Assembly (NCBI GenBank): GCA_024137785.1
Contig: JAHRHZ010000263.1
Span: forward strand, 13,408,438 to 13,472,437
DNA length: 64,000 bases
Source of the DNA: Ginglymostoma cirratum
Taxonomy: Eukaryota
Reading direction: 5' to 3'
Below the pieces are notes generated by a model, which was not told where the DNA came from, ran no database searches, and was given only the letters and a program-made list of their open reading frames with translations. The translations under genes were made by a program, and so were the position numbers. This document shows, piece after piece, positions 37,622 through 48,697 of the stretch (position 1 is its first letter; each line of letters opens with the position of its first letter).

Positions 37622-39557
37622 GTCCCTCACTGGCATCACAATTCCTCCAGATCATTAACATCATATTGCATCTATGTACTTGACTTTGGCACCTTTAATT
37701 TTCAGTTTTCCTTGTAAGAAAGCTGCTGCTGCCATCCAACTTCAATTGTTATTAACTATCTTTTGCATCGAGGATGGTGACAAATTTTGCTTTGCAAGTT
37801 GTGATGAAATTCCTTCAATGGTTGGCAATGGATATGAAGATCTCTTCAGGCATTAATTTAGATTCTCTGTGTCAATGCATACTCTAAGCTTTCAGGTTGC
37901 TTCACTGTTACCATGCTGCTAGTCCATTCTGTAAGAGTTGGCAATTTCTTGATTATTCCTTTCTGTTTCAGCTCTTCTCCTGCCCTGCTTTTTAGGCTGA
38001 GCTTGAGAGTAGCTGGAACCTCCTTCAGCAGATGCTGAATTGGCCTTGTATTCTTGTTTATTTCAAAAAGACATTCTCCTGGAAGATATCCCAACACTGT
38101 AGGCACACTTTTGTCCACATTTAGGATGTATTCCATGGCCAATTGTTTAATGTGCTTCACTAGTTGCAAATTTATTCATTGGGGATTTCCAGTGTAAGAT
38201 TTAAACTTGATCCAGCTGAAATAAGTTGCATTTGCTTGTTACCTATGATTTGAAACTCCAGGTCTTCCTTCACGTTGTTGCAATGAGCTTGCAGAGTAAT
38301 CTTGCCTTTCGGCATGAGTATAGAGTCATCATGTTGCCTTAACCTTACTTTTGAGGATTTCGTGTTTGGATCTCTACGTTGATCTATTTTGCACAGGTTT
38401 GCGAAGGTCATGAAGTTGTATGACATACCAATGTCCATCTGATAGTTTATGTTGACCTAAAGTTCTATTTCTACAGTTGTCATTCCAACAGTCACAAACC
38501 ATGTTTCACCTCTTGACCTGACTGAACAAACCTGCAGTATGTTATCTCATGATTTGTCAGAGTCTTCAGCTGCCTTCTCTCCACTGCCCATCTGTACTAG
38601 CTTGTTGTGTTTCTTTTTAGCCAGACACTGACACGCAAGTTGACAAAGATTCAGAACAGTTGTTTCTCCATGTGGGACATGCCTTCTCCTCTTCTGCATG
38701 TTTTCCACAGTATTTGCTTCCTGCCATTTGTCTTTGATTGTTCTGTGCTGTGTGCCTGTTATCTGTCAGCATAATGCAATACCTGGTCTGTGTTGACATG
38801 AATATTTCTAGTTGATGATTCATAATTTTGGTTCTTCTGCATAGGTCAATTGCTCTTGAGTGTCAAATTGTCTTCTCTCAGTAGGTGTGCTTTCACTTTT
38901 GTACCCCTTATTCTAATTACATTCCTGCCTATAATTAGTTCATCCTTTAATAATGCACATTTCCAGGTTTTACAACTTAAGTTAATCAATTAACTTTTTA
39001 TTAAACTTAGTACTGAATATGTATTTTTCAGATGCAACATTCATATGGGAATGAAAGTGTGCCTTCTAAGCTTTTAAAATTCTGACTTGTGATTTTACTA
39101 CTTATCAGAAAGATTTACGGTGGAATATAATTTGAAACCGCCTTTTTCTCACAACAATAAAAGTGTAGCAACTCGTACCCATTCTTGTTTGCTGGAGCTA
39201 TTGCATAATTGTGCCTTTGTCCATGGAAGAAACTCTAGTTCTTCTGCATATCCCCAGTAATTTGAATAGGAGCTGGAAGGGGAGAAATTGCAGCCATTAT
39301 CTCCTAAGCAGTCCTTTCACTCTGATCGTAATTTCTTTCTTTTTCATTGTACAGCTATGCTTTTTGTTACAGTTCTGGACAGACTTCACATCTGACACTA
39401 TGTTTCTAGTGTACAGAGCAGCAGCATGTTCAACGCAAAGACTTTATTGAAGTGAAATTTAACACGTCTCCCTACAGGGCTTACTTCATGGTAAAGGGCA
39501 CATGAATACAGCAGACGAGGACAGATATCTGTACATAATTGCATTTCAATCCAAACA
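37622..39557 (-). mobile_element. Ty3/Gypsy LTR retrotransposon 5' half: LTR, PBS, decayed gag, protease and RT start
   Basis: LTR 39401-39557 (TGTTT...AAACA, with AATAAA); PBS tagtgtcagatgtg at 39387-39400; protease-like MDIGMSYN (ORF 38172..38438); RT-like TEWTSSMVTVKQP and YPLPTIEG. Confidence 0.85.
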
Positions 39558-40149
39558 ATTTACACCCCTGTTTTATCCTGAGTGCCCCTGACCATTGAAG
39601 TACCAACACTTTTGCTGTTCCTGAACCTTCCCAGATTGAAACCAGAGTGACATTTGCCTTGACCTCCCATTTGAGACATTTCAACCCTGTCCCTTATCCT
39701 ACCATTCTACTATCTTCAACTTCTCCCATGACTGTAACCATTCTCTCTTCAAGTGAATACTGCCAGGCCAGTCCCTGGACTTGTACAGCCTTACAATCTT
39801 GGTGAGCCATTGACAGACACCAGAAACACCCCGCTTTGGATTACGTTGGACCCACCCCTCAACTGAAATTGAAGATGACCGTTACTGACCAACCAGCAAG
39901 TTTCCCATCTCCCATTCACATATATTGCCATGCTTTTCATACCCATGCGCATTTTTTTGTCACACACCCTGCAGATACATTCACCATCAATGATGCAGTA
40001 CCATGTCCTTGAGAGGCATGTACCCAATTCCTTATACATTGACATTTCAATGTTTCCTATATCCACATACTACTGCCTTGACCTCTGCATTATTGTGTCC
40101 TTTTCAGGCACAAGGTTTGCCTCCTACAATAAGTCACCACCTATTTTAC

Positions 40150-40440
40150 TTTCATTTTTGTGGGATGTGGGCGTCGCTGGCTGGCCAGCATTTATTGCCC
40201 ATCCCTAGTTGCCCTTGAGAAGGTGGTGGTGAGCTACCTTCTTGAACTGGTGCATCCCACCTGCTTTGGGTTGACCCACAATGTCGTGAGGGAGGAAATT
40301 CCTGGATTTTGTCCCAACGACAGTGAAGGAATGCTGATATATTTCCAAGTCAGGATGGTGAGTAACTTGGAGGAGAACTTGAAGCTGGTGGCGTTCCCAT
40401 GTATCTGCTGCCTTTGTCCTCCTAGATGGGAGTTGTTGTG
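40150..40440 (-). mobile_element. Family B LINE 3' end
   Basis: ORF 40205..40651 ends FKKVAHHHLLKGN*, followed by gggatgggcaataaatgctggcc. Confidence 0.85.
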
Positions 40441-41276
40441 AGTTTCTCCATTTGGCATCTGTATTTATGTTCTGATAGTTCAGATGGTCGATTGAAGCCT
40501 TGATCACACACAGAACATGTGTACCAGCTTCTCTCCACTGTGAATCGGGCTTTTTTCTTTCCATGTTGTTTAGGTAACAATATGCTGGATGGCCCTGTAA
40601 GATCCTGATGTGATGTTTGGTTTGGAGTTTTGTGACTACAAATTCATTCATTCTAAACTCTTGTTGAGCCTGTGCAATGAGCTGCTAGCTGCGAAACAAA
40701 AGTTGGTGTGCTAACTTTCCTCAATTGTCTGTAATGAGACAGAGACACATCTTGCCTTGATTCCCACAGTCACACCTCCTGCAGTTGTGGTGTTAACAGC
40801 AAAACTGAAGACCAGGACCCTTGAGAAGGATTCATTAGAGGTCATAGAGCTGCCCAAATTGGAGGCAGAAGAACAAAGTTGACAATTATATACTTGGTTA
40901 ATGCAGCTGTGCTTCTGAAGTATCGAGTAGCTCAATTGGGCCGAGTTATTTGTGAAGGGGAAGTTAATTCTGGCAAAATGTGCAAATAATGAGCTGCAAA
41001 TGCATACAGACTGGGTTCTTGCCACTTGATGGAGAGAGAAATATCTTGGCATCCAAGGAAGGAGGACTTAATTGTGAAAGTTTATCTTTGACAGCAAAAA
41101 TCTGGCTTTTTGGATCTCTGCCTGATTAAATCATCATGCTCACCGTTCTTCTCAACAGCTGAAAGAGGGGTAAAGCATGCTTTCAACTGGCACAAATGCA
41201 ATTAATCCTTTCAATGGCAATAATGAAAAGAGTTTCCAAAAGTGTTTTGATCTAAAAACACCAGTCTTTGAATCCA

Positions 41277-41456
41277 AAGTGTGGAGCTGGAGGAACACAG
41301 GCAGCATCAAAGGAGCAGGAAAGTTGACATTTCTGAAGAAGGGTCCTGACCCGAAACGTTAGCTTTCCTGCTCCTCCGATGCTGCCTGGCCTGCTGTGTT
41401 CCTCCAGCTTCACACTGTGTTCTCTCAGACTCCAGCATCGGCAGTTCTGGCTATTT
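41277..41456. mobile_element. Penelope-derived hairpin element (family A variant)
   Basis: Perfect 15-bp TSD cagtctttgaatcca (41262-41276 / 41457-41471); core ctgaagaagggtcctgacccgaaacgtt at 41333-41360. Confidence 0.9.
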
Positions 41457-42234
41457 CAGTCTTTGAATCCATTAGCTCTTCACAATTGGTTTGAGAGGTG
41501 AAGGTATGAAGGGAGAAAAGGGGGTTTGATAAAACAGTTTGGATCATGGATTATTCTTTACCTCTGCAACAATCCTGTTATTGCAGTAGGATTTGTCTTT
41601 AAAGAATGAAATACAATGTTACTTCATGTAATCCAGCAGTGTTTGACAGTGACGACAAGACAGTAGAGAATGAAAGTAGAGGTTGTGGTGTCCTTAACAA
41701 ATTTGGGTACCATATGGAAAAAAAAAGCATGTATTAACCTCAAGTGCTTAATTTAAACAGTGAATTTATTTGACTTCATCTAATGTTTTACAGCTTCAGA
41801 TTTACAAAAGGACTGAATCCCAGAGGCACAGAATCTGTCATATTACATTGTAATTAATTCCACCACTATTGCTGTGACTCTCACCTATGTTTGAGACCAG
41901 GAGTGTTGATGAGACAGTTTGCCCTCTGTATATATACCTGTGGGAACAGAATGTGCCAGAGATGTAAGTCTTTTCTTTGCTTAGTTGAGACAGGAAGGAA
42001 AATTTATGAAAGATTGTCTAGAGATTCAAAAGGTTCCGACAGGGCTGACAGACTTCATAACGGGCCTTTAATTCTCGTAGAGGCAAGTATTTCATGGTTC
42101 ATTAATGCTGAGTCCTCTAAAACAATAAAAATGAACTACTGATAAGATTTTAACGTATGTTACCATCAAGAAAAATCATGAGGAAGAGCAATTTTGAATA
42201 TTTTCACTGAAAGAATAAAGAACATCATTTTACT

Positions 42235-42540
42235 CAACATGCATGAACATATGTTAATATCTGAGCTCATAGAATAAGTTGATACAAAATTGACTGAGTG
42301 ATCAGAGGCAGAAAGCCATTATTAATGCATATTTTTAGGCTGAATGAAAGCTTGAAATGGAGTTCCCCAAGTCAGCATTGGCGACTTTGTTTTTCCTGAT
42401 CTACACAATAATGACCTAGATCTTGGGGTACATGCGATGATATCAAATTTTGACATGTCAAACAAGTCATTGTCAAAGATGACACAAGGCTTGGGAGTAT
42501 TGTCAACTGAGGAGGATAGTGTCGAACATCAAAAGGGCAT
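42235..42540 (+). mobile_element. Highly decayed CR1 RT fragment
   Basis: ggagttccccaag (GVPQ) and gatgacacaaggcttgggag (DDT..G) remnants. Confidence 0.55.
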
Positions 42541-43104
42541 TAAAATAAAAGCAAAGTACTTCTGAAGATGCTGGCTATCTAAAATAAAAGCAGGAATAAA
42601 AGGAGAAAATCAGCAACATGTTTGGAGGGAGACACAGAGTACTCACATGAATACAAAGAAAAGTTTACAAGTCACCACTTACAGAGCCATCTTAGGTGCA
42701 AGTGTATCTAGGTACAGATTCTTAAGTACAAATTCATAGGAAAAAAATTAGAAAAATAAAGAAATAAAAAGTTCAGCATTACAGACCTTCACACCATTTT
42801 TAGGCGCAAAAGTACAAAATCGTAGGAATAAATTAGAAAAATGAGGCCCATTATGAATCTTCTTGATTGGAACAAGCATCCAGTTGATAGGGCCTCACCA
42901 GGAGTGGTCTGGACAGGGTAGAATGCCGCTTGAGTCCAAGGAGTCATGACAAGTTGAAGTTGGTTGTGACGTGGATGTTAAGCTATTGGCGTTCCCATGG
43001 TTGACGGGAACTAAAGAAAGGATGACTGTGACAATGCTGGCTCTCAACACTATTTCTCTACTGTTCTTCATATCCATGGAAGCTCAGTTTGCAAAGACGA
43101 TTTT

Positions 43105-43430
43105 TCTTTATTTTTTCATGGAATGTTGGCATTGCCAGTAATGTCAGCATTTGTTGCCCTTTCCTATTTGTCGTCGAATTTCTGTGGGTCTGCAGTCACA
43201 ATCAGGTCAGGCGAGGTAAGGTCAGCAGATCTCCTTCCTTAAGGGACACCGGTAGACTAGATTAGTTTTTACAGCAGTGGATGATAGTTTCATCATTGTC
43301 ACTACTGACATTAGCTTTTAATTTCAGATTCATAAATTCTACCAGCTGCCATGGTGGGCTTTGAACCCATATCCCCAAAGTATGACCTGGGCCTCTGGGT
43401 TACTAGCCCAGTGACATTAACGTCACATCA
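43105..43430 (-). mobile_element. tRNA-headed SINE associated with family B LINE
   Basis: Homologous to 48352-48697; B-box-like gggttcaaagccc on the minus strand. Confidence 0.75.
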
Positions 43431-43431
43431 C

Positions 43432-45690
43432 TGTTGTGTTGTTGCACAGATCTCAGAAATACCTTGCCTTTAAGATAGTCAGATAACATGATAACATGAT
43501 GATATAGTGTGAAAGATAGCGTAAATTGTTCTGTATGTTCAGTCGGTTAGTCAGCCAATCAACTATGTATGTAATGTAATCATAATCTAACTGGCATATA
43601 ACCTAGACTGTCTATGTAAGTCTGAGACATCAGACTAGTGTCATTGACATTGGCAATCACTCACTAACAAATATGATTGTCCACTTAGGAAATTCTGTGT
43701 CACTTGTCATGGGTTCTGTGGGTCATTGCATTACTGAGCATACATGGTCAGTCGTTAATAAATTTCCAGATATTTGGCTTAATATTATTCTGGCTTTCTG
43801 TGATACATGTTACTCAGGCTAAGATATATTAAACCACGAGCACATCATGGTACCAGATGATGGTGACAGCAAGTATGTACAAGAAACTGGAGACAGCAAA
43901 TTTGTACAAAGCCTAAAAGAAGCCTTCAAGTATGGCAGTTTTCCTAATAGTTGCCTAAGACCTGTTCAACTTCAGAGCTGAAGTTAATGACTAAGACTAA
44001 TATGTAACAATGAAGACTGAAGGTGATAACAGCACTGAAGCAAGAAAAATTTGTGAGTATTCATTCTCTTTTGAAAAAGGAGGGAATAACTTTTTTTTTT
44101 AAAAACGGGACCTTTAAAAGGTGCTGAAAGAACAGCTTCCACTTACCAAAGCACCAACATACTTTTTAATCTCTCAAGAATCTCTAACTGCTAGTTAATG
44201 TATAATATCCTCACTATTATGATCCCACCAAGCATACCATGTGGATGCATCCTAGAAAGCCCTGGGAGCATGTCTATGACAGGATGCTGAGCCTATTGGC
44301 TCTAAACTCCTTGTGAAACCTCAGGTAAATTATTGTGATATAAAAAAGGGGAACTCTTGGATTTTGGAACAGAAATGTTAGTCACAGACTCACTTGACAA
44401 GAATTTCATGGTTTGTGCTAACCAGAAACCATTAAAGTGATCTGTTCAAAACATCTCACAAGTGCATCTCCACACCTACGAAATCTACTTATCAAGATCA
44501 AAGGGTATGATATCGAAGAACAAAACAAACAAAGCTCACAAGTGATGATTTCTGATGCTCATGGCAGACTTCCAAATCCAACTAAGAACAAAGATGTCCT
44601 AGATTTTTGAGTGCATATTGTAATGGTAGTGTCCTGGGGAGTGTTGCCAAACAAAGAGACCTTGTGGTGCAAGTGCGTAGTTCCTTGCAAGTGGAGTTGC
44701 AGGTAGACAGAGTAGTGAAGAAGGTGTTTGGTACACTTGCCTTTATTGCTCAGTGCATTGAGTATAGGAGTTCAGATGTCACTTCGAGACCATTCTGTTC
44801 AATTCTGATCTCCCTGCGGTAGGAAAAATGTTGCTAAACTTGAAAGAGTTCAGAAAAGATTTACAAGGATGTTGCTAGGGTTGGAGGGTTTGAGCTATAG
44901 GCTGAATAGACTGGGGCTATTTTCCCTGGTGCATCAGAGGCTGAGGGGTGACATTATAGAGATATGTAAAATCATAAGGAACATGTATAGGGTGAATAGC
45001 TAAGGTCTTTTTCCTAGGGCAGGGAAATCCAAAACTAGAGGGCATACATTTAAGGTACAAGTGGAAAGATTTAAAGGGATCTAGGGGGCAACTTTTTCAT
45101 GCAGACTGTGGTGCATATATAGAATGAACTGCCAGACGAAGTGGTGGAGGCTGATACAATGACAATATTTAAAAGGCATCTGGATGGGTATATGAATAGG
45201 AAGGGTTTAGAGGGATATGGGCCAAATGCTGGAAAATGGGACTAGATTTATCTAGGATATCTAGTCGGCATGGACAAGTTGGACTGAAGAGTCTGTTTCT
45301 GCGTAGTGCATCCCTATGACTCTCTGTCTAAGTCCAAATTCAAAAAAAAGTTTGCACATCAATCTCATTCATTTTGGTCATAGGTCAGCAGAGCAAATCC
45401 AGCAAGTGACATGTGATGATGTCCAGTTACAACAGCTCAATATGATCATCAGCAGCCACTGACCTGAACACGTTCAATTTCCTGAGCAAGCGTCTTCATT
45501 CTAATTATTCAGACATGCACTAGGACTCTCTAGAAATGTAATTTTCAAAGGAAAGCAAGGAATTGTTCCACAAGTTCCAGTTCAAGATTTGAATGCAGAA
45601 AAAGACAAGAACTTGGCACTTGAATCTATCTATTGGCCAGGCAGCAGTGAGGACATCGATCAATGAATTAAATTGCATGAAACATATTGG
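43432..45690 (+). mobile_element. Internally deleted Ty3/Gypsy element: LTR, PBS, RT/RNase H and integrase zinc-finger remnants
   Basis: LTR 43432-43847 (tgttgtg...cacatca); PBS tggtaccag at 43848; YYDPTK..VDAS*KALGACL; KHLTSASPHLRNLLIKIKGYD; after a CR1 insert, LALESIYWPGSSEDI. Confidence 0.8.
44608..45325 (+). mobile_element. HER1-type CR1 3' fragment inserted in the Gypsy pol
   Basis: ORF 44607..44822 (QRDLVVQV..QVDRVVKKVFGTLAFI); tail ctatgactct. Confidence 0.9.
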
Positions 45691-47384
45691 GCCAAATCTT
45701 ACCAGGCGTGCCCTCCTGCACTTCCCATTGTGCTAGAGGTGATCCCCTGGCTTGATGGTAATGGTTGAGTGGGGAATATGTTGGGCCATGAGGTTGCAGA
45801 ATTATGTGGGTACAATTCTGCTACTGTTGATGGCCCACAGCACCTCATGAATGCCTAGCCTTGAGTTGCTATATCTGTTTGAAGTCTGTCCCATTTAGCA
45901 TGGTGAATCGGTTATGTGCCAGAGGGTTCATCAAGGCTGGCACATGTTGAATGCCATTGTTTGTAAATATATAATACATATGGCCAGTGCCCATGGAATA
46001 GACATTGGTGCCTGGTGTGCAACATGGGAATGTTTTGAAATATGCAGAGATTTGATTTGCTTTGGCTTTCAATTTGAGTTCTCCCAACAATTAGTGTATG
46101 GGCAGTTTGATAAGATTGCAACCCGCTGTGAGTTGGGCTCATAATAAGGTATTTAATAAGCAATAATGAGTGTCAATTGGGAGCCAACTGTTGCCTGGCG
46201 ACAAGCACTCTCATTATTGAGAAAAACTGCAGCAAAATGGCCTTGACTTTGAGATGGGTTTCTCAGAACATATCACCCAATTCCACCACTCAACTCGCCA
46301 TAGCCCATGTTGCTCAGAGCCTGGTAAGATTCTGTACAAAGTTTTCTCTATTCCCTAAAACCATCATTTTACAGTAATCACACTGCATAGATATTATTTT
46401 TATCAACAAATTTCAATTTTGACATAATTACTTCCCATCAGTTCTGTCCTGTGAACGATGAAATCTTTTCGCGTGAATACTTGCAAAACTGGAAGCATAG
46501 ACATTATCAGTCTTTTTAAAAACCTGCAGATTTCTAACCAAACATTCTGGGTCCAGAAGTTGCATAAATTACCTTTCCACCAACGTAATTTATTCTCTGA
46601 ACAGTGCTATACTCCTTCCTGGGAGATAAATTATGTTGTGCTTCTACGCACACTCAGGTCACCTCTAAAACTACCAAAAAAATCTTCCCATTTCTCAGCT
46701 TCCTAAGCTAAAATCAAATCTTCATTACCTTAAACCAAAAACAAGTTAATGCCTTCAATGTTCACACACTTGGCTGTAAATTCAGCATGAAACAAATCAA
46801 GTCCCATTCACACTTGAGAGTGTTCCCCAATATCTGATATATATATAGGATTAAGCAATAATTCCAGACAGACTGACTAACCTATTTTACTTTTGAAATG
46901 CTTCTCCAAAGCAAGCAATATCAGTATGCTACTAGTTTAGAATTCAAACTCAAAAAAATGAAATCAAATATATTTGAACACAATTGTTAATTATAATAAA
47001 CCTCAAGTGTCAAATTCAATATGAATCCAGTTCTCTGTGGTATATGTTATGTGGTCTAACATATGGAAAACCACAAAGCGCATCTGTCGCTCATTCCTGA
47101 GATTGGGATAGGGAATAAAGAAAATTGATACGGTACTATGACTTGGCATTCCTGCTGAAAACAAGGCATACTGATAAGATTGATTTTCAAAAATTATTTC
47201 ACAGGATGTGGGCTTTGCTGCAAATCTAGCTGTCCTTGAGAAAGTGGTGGTGAGCTGTCTTCTTGAACTGTTGCAGTCTATTTGGTGAAAGTGCGCCCTC
47301 AGTGGGGGATTCAGTGATGGTAATGCCATTGAATATGTGATGGTTAGGTTCTCTTTTGTTGGAGACGGTCATTGTCAGGAACTT

Positions 47385-47595
47385 GATTTGATTTATTATT
47401 GTCACATGTACTGAGGTACAGTGAAACGTATTGTTTTGTGTGCTAACCAGATGAAACATACCTTACAAAAGTAGATCAGAATAATAGACCAGAAAGCAGA
47501 ATATAGAGTTACAGCTACAGATAAGGTGCAGAGAAAGAGCGACTCTAATTAATGAGAGGTCTGTTCACAAGTCTGATAACAGTAGGGAGAAACAG
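47385..47595 (-). mobile_element. Rex/Babar-like LINE 3' end
   Basis: Ends tttcactgtacctcagtacatgtgacaataataaatcaaatcaa on the minus strand. Confidence 0.55.
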
Positions 47596-48351
47596 CAGGG
47601 ATTGGTGTGGCAGAAATGTTATTTGCTACTTGTCAGCCCAAACTTTGATATTGTCCCAATTTTAATGCATTTGAATACAGACTGCTTCAATATCTGAGGA
47701 CAATTGTGAATGGTGCCAAACATTGTGCAAACATTCCCACTTGTGATCTTGCGATGGCAGGAAGGTCATTTATGAAGCAGCTGAAGAAGGTTGGGCCCAG
47801 AAAACAGTTCTGAGGAACTCCAACAAAGATATTCTGGAGCTGGGATGACTGAGCTCCTGTAACCTGAACCATCTTCCTATGTGCCATTTCTGATTCCAAC
47901 CAGTGGAGAGGTTTCCCCCGATTCCCATTGATTGGGTCCAGTTTTTCTCGGGTTCCCTGATGGCATATATGATCAGTTGAGACCTTGGTGTCAAGGGCAG
48001 CCACTGTCACTTTACCTCTGGATTTCAGTTCTATTGTCTATGTTTAATACAGGGCTATAATGAAGTTAGGAGTGGCCTTGGTTGAACAAAGACTGGAAGT
48101 TACTGAGTAGGTTATTGCTAAGTGATCACTGCTTGATAGCATTGTTCTTGACCACTTTCATTGTTTTGATAATTGAGTGTAGACTGATGAGACAGTAATC
48201 GGTTGGGTTGAATTTATCCTGCGTTTTTTGTACAGGACGTACAGAGATCATTTTTTATATTGTCAGTTAGATGTCAATGATATAGATATTCTGGAACAGA
48301 TTGGTCAGGGAACCATATATCCTCAGTGTTACTGTTGGAATATTGTCATAC

Positions 48352-48697
48352 TTTTTTTCTCCTTTATTCATTAAAGGATGAGGGTGTCGCTGGCTAGGCA
48401 GAATTTATTGCTCATCCTTAATTGCCCAGTCAACCACATTGCTGTGGGTCTTGAGTCACACGTAGGCCAGACCAGGCAAGGATAGCAGTTTCCTTCCCTA
48501 AAGTGCATTTGTGAAACAGATGAGTTTTTCCTGACAATCGACAATGGATTCATGGTCATCATTAGATTCTTAATTCCAGATATTTTACTGAATTCGAATC
48601 CCACCATCTGTCGTGGCGGGATTCAAACCCAGGTTCCCAGATGTTATCTGGGTCTCTGGATTAACAGTCCAGTGATAATACCACTGGGCCATTGCCT
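48352..48697 (-). mobile_element. tRNA-headed SINE associated with family B LINE
   Basis: Minus strand has A box tggcccagtgg, B box gggtttgaatccc and tail gagcaataaattctgcctagccagcgac shared with the family B LINE 3' end. Confidence 0.85.

Noticed and set aside
40711-41052. 113-aa minus ORF as a coding exon
   Set aside because: No recognisable domain and a weak donor; composition looks more like regulatory DNA.
41277-41456. DNA-transposon MITE interpretation of the hairpins
   Set aside because: Arms match the terminus of the GIY-YIG Penelope element, are asymmetric and have variable-length TSDs.
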